Assembly (NCBI GenBank): GCA_951406725.2
Contig: OX597831.1
Coordinates: 80,166,001 to 80,230,000 of the forward strand
Origin: Octopus vulgaris
Taxonomy: Eukaryota
Length of the DNA: 64,000 nucleotides
Direction of reading: 5' to 3'
The notes under the pieces are model-generated. The model ran no database searches. It saw nothing but the letters and a program-made list of their open reading frames with translations, and was not told the origin of the DNA. Below are positions 25,003-38,374 of the stretch, one piece after another; the stretch's first letter is position 1, and each line of letters opens with the position of its first letter. Made by a program: the position numbers and the translations under genes.

Positions 25003-25240
25003 CATACCCTGTTGTTGATGTTGAAATTCCAATGAAAGAGCCCTGATTGTAGGTTAGAAACCGGTTCTTTCTCTACTGAAAGAAATCTTGAAATAAAACT
25101 GAATGACATGCATACATTCAGTCTCTTTTAATGTGGGTCGAACGAACGAGGAAGGAAGTGCACAACATATGATATGGAGTACATTGTATTTTTTAAGATG
25201 AAACATTATAGTCCAGAACTCGAGTTTCACGCCATTGCCC
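24216..25240. mobile_element. MITE-like inverted repeat (~130-bp arms) with nested insertion
   Basis: 24216-24345 vs 25108-25240, e.g. CTTCCTCGTTCGTTCGACCCACATTAA and its reverse complement; no TSD recognised. Confidence 0.7.
24558..25105 (+). pseudogene. R4/Dong-like LINE 3' end inserted in (TACA)n
   Basis: SCPADVN..YAELLRNLQLLHTGYKFRFIPVII..GFSKPERRKLIRRLQIQSITGTVKICKTFEKFVI*. Confidence 0.8.
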
Positions 25241-25336
25241 TCTGTAGGCAAGTACATTTATATACGCATAAGTGCGAACGCTTATGTATATGTACGTATG
25301 TCTCTATATAAGCATGTGTTTGTATGTGTGTATCTG

Positions 25337-25426
<90 letters not shown>

Positions 25427-25568
25427 TACTTTCGTGTTAATATCTTTGTGTTCAGGCGAGTATCTTGCTACACAGGAGTATCTAGTTGCATCATTTATTC
25501 TTTATGCTCAGAGAAAATATTTCCTCTATTTAATACTAAATTCAGCCTTGTACATCATCATCATCATT

Positions 25569-25613
<45 letters not shown>

Positions 25614-25850
25614 CACCGAACAACACCAGCTCTCTCTAAAACGAACCGGTTTTAAATCTTATTAAGTCATCATTTACCATTAGCGATGAGTTCTTCCGTT
25701 TCTCAATCTCCTCCTCTTCCTCCTCCTCCGCATTCTCCTCCTTCTCCCCCTTCACTTTCTAATTATTATCTTCCTTCTCTTTCTTCTCCTAGCGATAATC
25801 GCTTCGCTTCGACAAACAACTACACCACTACAACAACAACAACAACAACA

Positions 25851-25881
<31 letters not shown>

Positions 25882-26064
25882 TTACTGATGTTGCTGCTGT
25901 TGCTGCTGTTGTGGTTGTTGGTGTTGTTGTTGTTGTTGATCCACTCGCTTTTCGTATTTTAAATTTCACCAGAGGAATCTGCAAGCATCGAAACAGATCC
26001 ACAAACACACATGCGCACTCAAACAAACAAATATGCAATTATGCAGACATACACGCATTCCCAT

Positions 26065-26121
<57 letters not shown>

Positions 26122-26766
26122 AACACACATACATCATTGTGCAGTTATATATACAGACATGCGCGCGTGAGAATGTTATATACTATTTTAATTGGTATCC
26201 TTTATCTTGAAGTAGTAATATAAGCTATTTGTACCAAACAGTTTAGTAATGAATGCTTTTGTTGGTGTTGTTGCAGTTGCTGGTGGTGGTGGTGCTACTG
26301 CTGTTGTTGCTGCTTTGTTTCCCTTGTAACTGTTGTTGTTGTTGTTGCTGTTGTTAACTGCTGAGATTTTCGTTTACCCTCAGGTCAACTGCACACAGAA
26401 AACTGATCAAATACTTACGTATAACCATTGATATATATATGTATATATATATATATATATAAATTTAATTTAAATGTATGTTAGTAGATTATCTTAACCT
26501 GATTTTGCCTTCGTTTGATTTCTGTAGTTTTTCACCGGTGTATTTTCTGGCGATTTAATAATAGTTTTGACTGTTATTTCAAGCAGGTTGACATACCTAT
26601 AATGTCCTTTGATTAATTTTAATCCCTCGGCTATTTAATGCTATTTTTTGGCCTGCTATCGCCTGTGTCATTGATTCTGTTATTATCATTTTTGGAAAAT
26701 AGTTACATTGGATAATAATAGACTTAATGACACCTTCGTAAATTAATATATATATATATATATATA

Positions 26767-26815
<49 letters not shown>

Positions 26816-27073
26816 TGCTGAAAATTGCGTCATTGATATGAACCAGGGATATGTCAATCCGTAACGTCACCAAACACCAAAGACACAAAAGGAAGCATGA
26901 CATGCACACACATACACACACACACATACACACTCACACACACGCACTTACACACTATGATGTTGTTTATGAAACATAATCTTTGTCTATCTATTTATCC
27001 TCTTTGTGATTTTGGATAATAAGAAAACTATAGAAATGAATCCTTTGAATTTAACTAAATTTTATATTTCTTT

Positions 27074-27158
27074 GCTGCTGAAGATTGCTCTACATTTTAA
27101 ATTGATGTAATATTTGCATTGTTAAATTAAATGGAGTCGCATGAAACGATCGTACTGC
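27074..27158 (+). ncRNA. Type I hammerhead motif (family G, copy 1)
   Basis: GCTG-CTGAAGA-TTGC...GCAT-GAAAC-GATC-GTA^CTGC. Confidence 0.7.
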
Positions 27159-27193
27159 ACTACCTCTGGATATCCTTGTTGCTTATTTTGATT

Positions 27194-27231
<38 letters not shown>

Positions 27232-27435
27232 ATATCTATTCTTCTCTTCTTTTATTTGCAGATATTGAATTATAGGGATTACCTTGAAGTTTTCAACTCG
27301 ATAGAATTGAACCCACCACAAACACATTGATGCTGAAACTTATCTATCGATCTTAGCTATTTTGCGAAATTTAAGGAAGAAATCAATATTGGTGGTCAAG
27401 CTAGGAGATACAATCATAAGCTATATATATATATC

Positions 27436-27752
27436 GTGGCACTCCGTCGATTACGACAACGAGAGTTGATCCAGTTGATCTGATCAATGGAACAGCCTGC
27501 TCGTGAAAGTGGCTGAGCACTCCACAGACACGTGTACTCTTAACGTAGTTCTCGGGGAGATTCAGCGTGACACAGAGTGTGACAAGACTGGCCCTTTGAA
27601 ATACAGGTACAAGAGAAACAGGAAGAAAGAGTGAGAGAAAGTTGTGTTGAAAGAGTACAGCAGGGTTCGCTACCACCCACTGACGGGGTCTCGTGGGGCT
27701 TTAGGTGTTTTCGCTTAACAAACACGCACAACGCCCGGTCTGGAGTCCTGCG
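27436..27752 (-). mobile_element. SINE (head A + tail Y)
   Basis: Body matches the 23842 element; tail matches the 20792 element. Confidence 0.8.
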
Positions 27753-28127
27753 TATGCCATTCCTTCAGTTTGCTGCTTGTTTATAAACAGACATGACCCT
27801 GGCGAAAGTAGCATTACCAGCTTTTAGGTCGTTCAACGTTTCTCAAGTGATCAATAGACCCAATTGCTAAACCACTCATTACGAACATATAACGGCTACT
27901 GTCTTGTATATCACTCTGTGTAAAAACCAGGATGACAGGAGCGCTAACACGGATTTACAATATAGAATTGTGATGAACTTTAACCACGGATCCTGCCACA
28001 AGAATACTCGGAGTTCTTTACTAATCTAGACAATATTGTAAGCCTGGTATGCAAACAGAGAGCTTATGGAGTATTTTGCCCGGATTGATAATCCTTCACT
28101 AATAATTCTGTTATATATACATATATA

Positions 28128-28161
<34 letters not shown>

Positions 28162-29006
28162 CATATATACATATATATATACATATATATATACACACAC
28201 ATACATAAACATATATATATTTACACACACACATATATCTATATACGCACACACAGACACATACATAAACATATATATACATATATATACGAAGACACTT
28301 GAGGGAACAAGGTGTGTGTGGGTGTGCGTGTGCGTGTGTGTGTACGCTAATACTGAACAGTAAAAATGAGTAACCAAAACCATATTGATGGTTAAATATT
28401 CTCTATTTGTGCGTTAAAAAAAGGTTGCCAATGGTTTCGCGTACTTAGAGATATTTACAATTGTTTAAAAGTACCACATGCGAACGTTTGTTGAGAATAC
28501 TCGATGTTATACGAGAGTGTATAGGATTTCGAAATAAACACATAAATATGCATATGATAAATATGATAAATGAATTATGTGGTACGCTGGAAGAATTTTA
28601 ACGTCAAGGTCTTTCTTCACATGGAACCAATGATATCCTGATTAACCCGCAAATATAATATATATGTATGAGTGTGAGCGTGTATGTGTGTGTGCGTGTG
28701 TGTTTGAGCTGTGTGTGTGCGTATGGTGATTGTTCTGTATTCATAAATGATTGCTGTCTCCTTGTACATCTTCATTGTGAATCCGACAAAATCACGCAGA
28801 TGACTATTGAGTCCCCGTTGGAAATCTGCATAGCATTTAGACAAACATACAAAAACATGAATACACATAGACACACGTACACACACACACATACACACAC
28901 ATACTCACACACACGCACAAACATATATGTACATGTGTATATATAATCGTTATATATAATCTGGATAAGAATGTGCATCGTTCGTTTGATTGGAAAATTT
29001 CTATAG

Positions 29007-29092
29007 GTGGCTGAAGATTGCTCGACATTTTAAAACTGATGTAATGCTTACAATGTTTAATAAAATGAAGTAGCATGAAACGATCGTACCAC
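29007..29092 (+). ncRNA. Type I hammerhead motif (family G, copy 2)
   Basis: GTGG-CTGAAGA-TTGC...GCAT-GAAAC-GATC-GTA^CCAC. Confidence 0.75.
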
Positions 29093-29237
29093 ATTACTTC
29101 GGATATACTTGTTGCTTATTTTGATTGTAATCACCCTATGGATTTATATGGATAATACTATACAAAATTCTGATGCCTTTGACTTAAGTACCATATTCAT
29201 CTGAATCTAAATTTTGCTGAACTTATTTATATACATA

Positions 29238-29273
<36 letters not shown>

Positions 29274-29319
29274 TGTATGTATGTACGTACGTATGTATGT
29301 ATGTACGTACGTATGTATG

Positions 29320-29396
<77 letters not shown>

Positions 29397-29737
29397 GTGT
29401 GTGTATATATACATATATATCAAATATTCAGGAGTGAACATTTATATAGATACTATTATTGTTGTTATTATCTGCGGTAATAATAACAATAACAATAATG
29501 TAAGTGGTTGCAGGCCTAAAATAGCGTTAGACTGCTATAGAATAAAAATGTATATCAATAATAAGGGCACACAAAGGCACCAAACTGCTAGAAAGAGGAG
29601 TTAAATCTCTCATTTTTTTTCTGTGTATTTTTCAGTGTTATTATTGCTGATTTAAGTGTGGGTTTTAATTCCTCCTTCTAGCAGATAGGCGCCTTTCTGT
29701 GCTCTTATGATATATATATATATATATATATATATAA

Positions 29738-30012
29738 CATCCTGGGTTTCAGGGACCCACAGCTTTTTAATATTCACCCAAAGAGACGGAGAGACCTACG
29801 CAAAGAGGATGTAGGTGTTTTCAAATCAAAACTGGACCTCTTCTTCTAGAGAGTCCCAGATGAACCTAGCTCGCGACAAGAGGTGCAAATGAGAGTAGCG
29901 ACATCAAACTCCCTTATTCACCAAATGCCACATATTAGGGGAGGCTCTCAATAATAACAGTGTAGTAAAACGGCGGTGCTCCAACATGGCCACAGCCGTA
30001 AGCTGAACCTAG
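29738..30012 (+). mobile_element. CR1/L2-group LINE 3' end
   Basis: LGFRDPQLFNIHPKRRRDLRKEDVGVFKSKLDLFF*RVPDEP, homologous to 57.8 kb; 3' UTR GGCGGTGCTCCAACATGGCC. Confidence 0.8.
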
Positions 30013-30021
30013 AATATACAT

Positions 30022-30094
<73 letters not shown>

Positions 30095-30247
30095 GATAGA
30101 GATATATATACATACATATATACATATATGCATATATATACATATACATATATAAATATATGTGTATACTAATACATTTGTTTGTTTGTACTCCACCTGC
30201 CTTCGTCTTTTGTTTATTTCGTAAATATATATTTTCGTAAATATATA

Positions 30248-30285
<38 letters not shown>

Positions 30286-30425
30286 CATACATATATGAGT
30301 ATGTGTATATATATATATATATGCCCATATAAATATGCAGATAGATAAATATATACCTATATGTGCACACACACACATATACATATACATGTTTGCATAT
30401 TTGTGCATCTACAAGCATATATACG

Positions 30426-30495
<70 letters not shown>

Positions 30496-31244
30496 CTCAT
30501 AGTCATAAATATTCGACCACGCTAGATGATGTTCAATGCGTCGTAACGATCACACTTAATATCTGTTTAGTTAACTTATCATCTCTCCGAAGATCGCACT
30601 GGATTTTGCTAGCAAAAAGAGCGCCAATGTTTACTTAATGCTATAAAAAACACTTAATATGTCTACTTAATTTGATGTATTTTTGTTAATGCTTTTGTTT
30701 GTACAGTTGATGTTGTTGTTATTTTTGTAACCGTGGTTGTATTTATCATCGTAGTTGTACTTGTTTTTGTTATCATCATTTTCGTCTTTGTTGTTTTTGT
30801 TGTAGTTGTTAGCTTAATTGCTTGTCTGTCTTACTATATCATTCTGTCCTCTTACACTCTCCCTCCAACTCAGAATATCTCTCTCTCTCTCTCCCTTTCC
30901 TTCTGTCTTCCTCTCCCTCTTTCTCTCCACAGTTTCACATTCCTTTGCAATAGTTATCTATGCGAGCACATATACACACATATACACACATATACACACA
31001 TATACATGCACGAATAGATGCTAAAACAAAATAATATGGAATTACACAGATATAGAATCGCAAATACGTACCCACACACATATTAACATACATACACACA
31101 CTCATACAAACATTTATAAACACATACCAAAGCTGTCTTCAGTTTTCACAGCGACAAGATTAATGAGTAAATATATAAATAAATATGGAAATGGATAAAT
31201 AAATAAATAAACTTGGCGCTCTCGCCACCCGGCAGATAAGGCAA

Positions 31245-31270
31245 CGGTGGTAGCGATGGTGAATGATGAC

Positions 31271-31348
<78 letters not shown>

Positions 31349-31455
31349 GGTGGTGGTGGTGGTGATAACCACGACGATGATGGTGGTGGTGATGATGATG
31401 ATGATGATGATGACGACGACGATGATGATTGTGGTGGTGGTGGTGGTGATGACGT

Positions 31456-31513
<58 letters not shown>

Positions 31514-31607
31514 GGTGGTGGTGGTGATGATGATGATGATGATAATGATGATGATGATGGTGGTGGTGTGGTGGTGGTGGTGGTGGTGGTGGTGGTGGTG
31601 GTGGTGG

Positions 31608-31644
<37 letters not shown>

Positions 31645-31724
31645 AGTGGTGGTGGTGGTGGTGGTGGTGGTGATGATGATGATGATGACGACGACGATGA
31701 TGGTGGTGGTGGTGGTGATGACGT

Positions 31725-31773
<49 letters not shown>

Positions 31774-32231
31774 GGTGGTGTGGTGGTGATGATGATGATG
31801 ATGATGATTTTGATGATGATGACGATGATGATGATGATAGAATTTTTGGTGGCGGTGCTACAAGTGCTAGTGTTGGTGTTGGTAGCGGTGGCGGTGTTGT
31901 TGGTTGTGGTTATGATTGTGGCTGCAGTGATGGCGGTGGTAGCAGCGGCGGCCATGATGACGTTGATCATCATCATCATCATTGTCATGAGTTTGAGGTG
32001 GTGATGCCGCTGGTGTTGGTGGAGATTGTAGAGGTGTTTGTTAGTGGTGGTGGTGGTGGTGGTGGTGTGGGTAGCGGTGGAAGTGTTGGTGGTAATGGTG
32101 ACGGTAAATGGTGATCGACGGTTGGTGGCTCTGGTGGTGGTGGTGGTGGTGATGTGCGTCAGATTGTTGGTGGAGGTTTGTGATGGAAGTGGTGGTATTG
32201 ATAGTGTTGGCGGCGGCGGCGATGATGTTGT

Positions 32232-32262
<31 letters not shown>

Positions 32263-32388
32263 AGTGGTGGTGGTGGTGGTGGAGGTGGTGGTGGTGGTGG
32301 AGGTGGTGGTGGTGGTGGAGGTGGTGGTGGTGGTGGTGGAGGTGGTGGTGATGCTGATGATGACGATGTTGTGATGATGGTGATGATA

Positions 32389-32435
<47 letters not shown>

Positions 32436-32448
32436 AATGATGATGGTG

Positions 32449-32480
<32 letters not shown>

Positions 32481-32482
32481 GG

Positions 32483-32513
<31 letters not shown>

Positions 32514-32535
32514 AATGATGATGGTGATGATGATG

Positions 32536-32567
<32 letters not shown>

Positions 32568-32605
32568 GATAGTGGTGGTGGTGGTGGTGGTGGCGATGAT
32601 GGTAA
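31245..32605. repeat. Large (GAT)n/(GGT)n low-complexity tract
   Basis: 1.35 kb of alternating triplet runs; explains the poly-H/P/I/D/G ORFs. Confidence 0.95.
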
Positions 32606-32829
32606 TGATGAGACTCATGATACGAAACCCTAATTCCGAACAACGGCTGCCATTGTTTAGTGAGATGGTTTAACAAGTATTTAAAGAAATAACAGGGGGG
32701 GGGACGAATAAACAAGCAAAAAGCAAATAATGAACAACTAAGTAGTTAGTGTTAACATATACACACACACACACACACACATACACACACACACACATAT
32801 ATTTACACACAAACATATTCATACACCAA

Positions 32830-33385
32830 CATTTCAGTGTTTAAGTGTGTGCGTGTGTGTGTCTGTATGTCATTGTGAGAATGTGTGTGTGTGTGAGTGT
32901 GTGTGTGTGTGTGAATGTGTGTATATGTGAATGTGTGTGTGTGTGTGTGTGAAAACGTGTATATGAATGCTTGTGTGTGAATGTGTGTGTGTCTGCCTGA
33001 GTCGGTGTGCGTGTGTGTGAATGTGTGTGTGTGTATGTGAATGCGTATGTTATGTGAGTGTGTATGTGTGTATGTGTGTGCATATGTGAATGTGCATGTA
33101 TGTGAATATGTGTGTGTCAGTCTGAATCGGTCTGTGTGTGTCTGAATGTGTGTGTATGTGAATGTGTGTGTATGTGGGTGTGTATGTATGTGCATATGTG
33201 AATGTGCGTGTATGTGTGTGTCTGTCTGAGTTGCTGTGTGTGTGTGAATGTGTGTGTATGTGAATGTGTGTATGTGTGTGTGTGTATGTGTGTATCCGTG
33301 TGCATATGTGAAGGTGCGTGTATATGAATGTGCGTGTCTGTCTGAGGAGTCGGTGTGTGTGTGTGTGTGCGTGTGTGTGTGACTG
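32830..33385. repeat. Cryptic (TG)n-derived repeat (TGTGAATGTGTG units)
   Basis: Directly visible. Confidence 0.85.
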
Positions 33386-33505
33386 TCCACATACAAATGT
33401 ATATAACATGTGTATACGTACGCAGATGCGTACATAGAGTCATATAAAAAGATGTCCATACATATACAATGCTATATCTATTTTACATAAGCAAATACCT
33501 AGATG

Positions 33506-33543
<38 letters not shown>

Positions 33544-33624
33544 CACACATATACGCATGCATACCTACTTCTCCGAACATTCTTTATCATATTACATTCA
33601 TATACCAACACACACATCACACAC

Positions 33625-33730
<106 letters not shown>

Positions 33731-33744
33731 TGTATGTATGTATG

Positions 33745-33807
<63 letters not shown>

Positions 33808-34357
33808 GATTGTTTTCGCATACATTCGCTTGCCTTCTTCCAAGGAGTCTAGTGCTCTTAGCTTAGATTTTCTTGGTACCGGCCAGATTGGAGCAGCCTC
33901 GAGTATAACCGGCCGAAACTGCAAAGACGATCTGGAACTCGACTAAGGATAGGAAGCTCCGGATGACTCGTCCCTGTTTTTTCTTGTCCGGATGTTTTGT
34001 TATCACCTGTTACTTTCTCGTTCCATTTTTACCTTTATATATGTGTGTGTGTGGGTATACATATATACGTGTATTTATGTATACATAGGTATGTATGTAT
34101 ATAATATATGTATGTGCTTATATGTGTGTGTGGGTATGTGAGAGTATGTATTTGTCGGCGCGCGTGTAAATAACATTTTTATCAATGTCAACACAGACAA
34201 CAGATTCCACCAAGGAAAGCAATTAAATATATCTATATGTCTGTTCGTGTTTGTTTGTATATGTGAGTGTGTGAATGTGTGTGTGTGTGTGTGAATGTGT
34301 GTGTGTATACTGTGTGTGTGTGCGTGTGTGCGTGTGTGTGTGTGTTTGTGTGTGCGC

Positions 34358-34403
<46 letters not shown>

Positions 34404-34405
34404 AG

Positions 34406-34582
34406 GGCACAGGCTTGGCTGTGTGGTAAGAAGCTTACTTCCCAACCAAATGGTTCCGGGTTCAGTCTCACTGCGTGGCGCCTTAGGCAGGTGTCTTCTA
34501 CTATAGACTCGGGCTTTAGCCTTCTGAATGGATTTGGTAGACAGAAACTGAGAGAAACCCGTCGTATGTGTGTGTGTGTGTG

Positions 34583-34637
<55 letters not shown>

Positions 34638-34870
34638 GATGCGTGTGTTTGTGTTCTTTGTGTCTGCCTTTGTCCCCCGCCTCTGATTTTTAATTGGCGT
34701 TGGTGTGTTTGCGTCCCCGTAAACTAACGGTTCGGCGAAAGATTACGATAGAATAAGTACCAGGCTTTTCTTTTTTTAAATCATTATGAGTGAATCGTTC
34801 CGTTGAAAATTCTTCAAGGAGATCCTCCAGCATGGCCTCAATTTATATCTGGAACAAGATAAAACGAAAA
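34406..34870 (+). mobile_element. SINE (CORE-like family), diverged full length
   Basis: TGGCTGTGTGGTAAGAAGCTT...CCAGCATGGCC. Confidence 0.88.
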
Positions 34871-34987
34871 AGATACTACGAGATATGCATATAATATATA
34901 TGATATTTATATATGCTTATGAGCAAACATGTGCATCTATGCAGACACACACATATTCATACATGCGTATACATACATACATACACA

Positions 34988-35033
<46 letters not shown>

Positions 35034-35923
35034 GTAAATGCAAATTACGATGAATGTAAACAAACAAACGAAGTTGGCTTTAGAAGCGTTGAGATGTCTT
35101 AGAAAGTTAAAGAAGTGATTTTTAAATTCTCAAACGCAGGATAATGCTAATAATATAACCTGAACAGGATTAGCTACCCTTATTTTGCAGAAAAAGGTGT
35201 TGGCAGCCGGCTATGAGACTCGAACTCACACTTCCGTGTCTACGCGTCGCGGTGCTCTGAACCATTAAGCTAAACATCCCACACCACAAATTCTTCCGCA
35301 AAGGCAAATTTGTTGTTGAAAATGGACCTAAATTTGAAAAACTTGTAATTGTTTGAAATAAATTCATTTACATATATACCAAACTAGTTTCAACAATATT
35401 TTTTGTTTATCAATTCTAAAAATTTAGAATTATGAATTAGAAAAACATGCTTAAAAGTTTCAATGTTGACAAGTTTAAATGTTCTTAACAGTCAATAACA
35501 TAAAAGCTGTACATCAACTGGTTTAAATGTACAAAGTTCATTAGTGTTAGGAGTGACAGACAAGAAATAAATATCGTCAAATGTTCAGTTATACTGAGTT
35601 AAGATGGAGGAAAACATAATTATATACATATATATATATATATATATAATTATAATTACAATTCTCCTTTTTGGTGAAACATTGCAAACTGCTGTTTATA
35701 TTAATTTTAAATATATATCTATATATAGTCGCCATGATAGATCGCTAGCTACTACACACATTTTTTTCTCTTGTTTCTCTCCTTGTTTTTTTCTGTGTAT
35801 CTTTCTGTAGAAGAGCGTAGGCACGAAACGTAAAATACTTTTTCTATTCCTGAGCGTTATACTAATACATCTGTTTGTTTTCTACACCACCTGTCTTCGT
35901 CTTTCGAGAGACCAACAAAATTC

Positions 35924-36533
35924 TTTGGTGTTACAAGGAATTTTGTTGGTCTTTCGCTCAACTGCGCCCCACACATAATAATCAAGGGGGTTGCAGTCTG
36001 GTGAGTTTGACGGCCAGATGTGAGGAGTGATGTGATCGAAGAAATTATCTGACAGCTATGACTGGGTTCTCCTGCTAGTTTGGCATGGTGCAGAGTCCTG
36101 TTACCAGTCATAGGGTCTTCCACTCTCTTGACCCAGGGCAGCACTTGACGTAAGCCACCGTGTTGAGTGTGAGGCCATGTGGAAAAATGAATGGCGGCAT
36201 AGTGTTGCCATCACTACTGATCACTCCTAACACCATGATGTTGACTGGATGTTTGATTTTTATCACTCTCGGTACATGTCCTCAGATTGCAACTGTCCTG
36301 AGATTGACACCCAAACATTCTGGAATTTTCGTATTGGAGCTTCCGGCTCAAATGCCAAGCAGTGCAGCCTGTCACTTCCATATTCCTGGTAGAGCGTATT
36401 ACATCATGGTGCTATTTTTCTCACAGACAGTGCTCAATTGACCCTACTATACTGTGTAGTCGACAAAAATCAAAAACATACAATGCGCGAAATTGAAAAT
36501 ATAAAATGGCGACAATTTACCATCGCACCCTGT
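35924..36533 (-). mobile_element. DD37D (maT-type) Tc1/mariner remnant
   Basis: KHPVNIMVLGVISSDGNTMPPFIFPHG...QDSAPC-(37 residues)-PDCNPLDYYVWGAVE; 5' end TA-CAGGGTGCG at 36533. Confidence 0.88.
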
Positions 36534-36543
36534 ATATACACAC

Positions 36544-36717
36544 ACGAGTGTATGCTGAAATTTTTTTAGCTTTAGGTAAAAGAAAGTACACAAGGTTCAG
36601 TTAATTATAATATTACTTCAGTTTTTCTAGGCCCTATACAGGAAATCGGTAAGTTGGGTCTCCAATCAGGACTTTCGCAATCCCTTAAAACTAGGGAACC
36701 ATTCAGCACTCTCCTCA
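36544..36717 (-). mobile_element. Mariner-derived MITE (same family as 60156-60357)
   Basis: TGCTGAAA...TTCAGCA ends; internal similarity to the reverse complement of the 60.2 kb element. Confidence 0.6.
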
Positions 36718-36739
36718 TTTATATATACATATTCATATA

Positions 36740-36783
<44 letters not shown>

Positions 36784-36810
36784 AGTAACAAAAGGGTACA
36801 TGTGTCAATC

Positions 36811-36892
36811 CATTACGGCCGTTTCTAACGTCTCCTTTAATTGATTAATGAAAACATTACATCTTTTGTAAAGAAACCGTTTGCGTCAGATG
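36811..36892 (-). ncRNA. Degenerate type I hammerhead motif
   Basis: CAT-CTGACGC-AAACG...CGTTA-GAAA-CGGCCG-TA^ATG; A9 mutated. Confidence 0.55.
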
Positions 36893-37024
36893 TCTCCATG
36901 AACTTTAAACCAGAGGACATTCAAAGTGGTTTAACATAGCTTAAAATCCACGGAGCAAAAAGCGCTTACATTGACCCTGTTGCTATTTCAATTGGCAGAA
37001 TGGATTTACCAGAATAGTGTATAT

Positions 37025-38180
37025 TTGGTCAGAACAGAGAAATTAAGGGACTAGTAGAGTTTTTAGGAGTGGGGGGGGGAGAATAATTGACTCCAGTGAC
37101 CCGGATATCTGTACTTCTAACAAGAAATGAGGACATGCCTCCAATAGTCTAAATTTGTTTATTAAGATGGTGTTTAATGGTCAATGGTAAAGTAAAGAAT
37201 TATGGTCAAGTCAACCTACTAAATAATCAAGGTCGTATGTGATGGAACCAATACACAGGCTTTATCTCTGCAAATGGGCAGAGCAAGGGGTAGTAATAAA
37301 AATACAAGGGATGGTAAAGGGATGATAAAGAGAAAGAAGAAGGAACGAAAAGTGACCCAACCGTTATTAATTACCGCATTAGTAGATGAAGACTTTGGAA
37401 GATAATAGAATAAGGGTTATAGGGCCAAGCGCTAAACTAGGAGTGGGAATCATTGCTTGATAAAATAGGGCTTGCCCATATAACCCTTATTGTATTATCA
37501 TTCAAAGTCTTCCTCTACTAATACGGTAATTAATAACGGTTGGGTCACTTTTCGCTCTTTCTTCATTCTCTTTATCGTCCCTCCACCATCCCTCACTTCT
37601 TTATTACTACCCCCTGCCCGGCCCGTTTGCAGAGATAAAGCCTGTGTATTGATTCTATCACATACGGACCTTGATAATTTAGTAGGTTGAACTGACCACA
37701 ATCCATTTTCTTACCATTAACCAGTAAACATTGAACAACTTCTTAATAAATAAACCCAGACTACTAGAGCCACGCCCTCCTTTCTTATTAAGTATAGATA
37801 TCAGAGTTTGTTAAGGTTATTTCTATAGATATCCTATAGAAATATATATCATATACACTCATTACCCAATTTTGTCTTCGACTTCATTGCTTTACATCTG
37901 ACGTCACGGATACGAAACTTTGTAGCAAAAATCAGTGCAGGCTATTATTTCTATGGAATATCTGCAGAAATAACCTTAACAAAATAATGCAAGATGCACT
38001 GCTAACGCAGTAGAACTTGGTACTGACTTATAAAAATAAATGCTTTATAATATAGTATGCTTGCATAACAAAGTACCACACACCTACACATCATTAATGT
38101 ATACCTGATTCACTGGAGTCGATTATTCCTTCCCCCTCATAAAAACTCTACTAACCCCTAAATTTCTCTTTGTCTGAGTA
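37025..38180. repeat. Old interrupted inverted repeat
   Basis: 37104-37406 vs 37492-37802 and 37025-37100 vs 38105-38180; visibly diverged. Confidence 0.8.
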
Positions 38181-38210
38181 AAATTACGAATTTACATTAT
38201 TAATTAACAA

Positions 38211-38374
38211 TTGCAAAAAGCAGTAATAGAATATTATAGAATAGAGACAGAAATCCCATCTGAAGAAATATTTGTACAAAGAACGAGTATCTCTATACTC
38301 GTTCTTTGTACAAATATTTCTTCAGATGGGATTTCTGTCTCTATTCTATAATATTCTATTACTGCTTTTTGCAA
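38211..38374. repeat. Perfect palindrome, 80-bp arms, 4-nt loop
   Basis: 38211-38290 is the exact reverse complement of 38295-38374. Confidence 0.95.

Noticed and set aside
25028-25080. GAAACCGGTTC in the R4-like 3' UTR
   Set aside because: No catalytic core; better explained as a 3' UTR hairpin
27250-27340. Strong-looking splice acceptor TTTATTTGCAG
   Set aside because: The frame closes after 22 codons and no convincing donor follows
31146-32715. 490-aa and overlapping Pro/His/Ile-rich ORFs
   Set aside because: Open in several frames on both strands because of GAT/GGT repeats; no complex domain or splice support
35205-35280. tRNA-like sequence on the minus strand; likewise SINE heads at 23842, 56042 and 12860
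   Set aside because: A and B boxes are present but no complete cloverleaf; these are SINE-type heads, not tRNA genes
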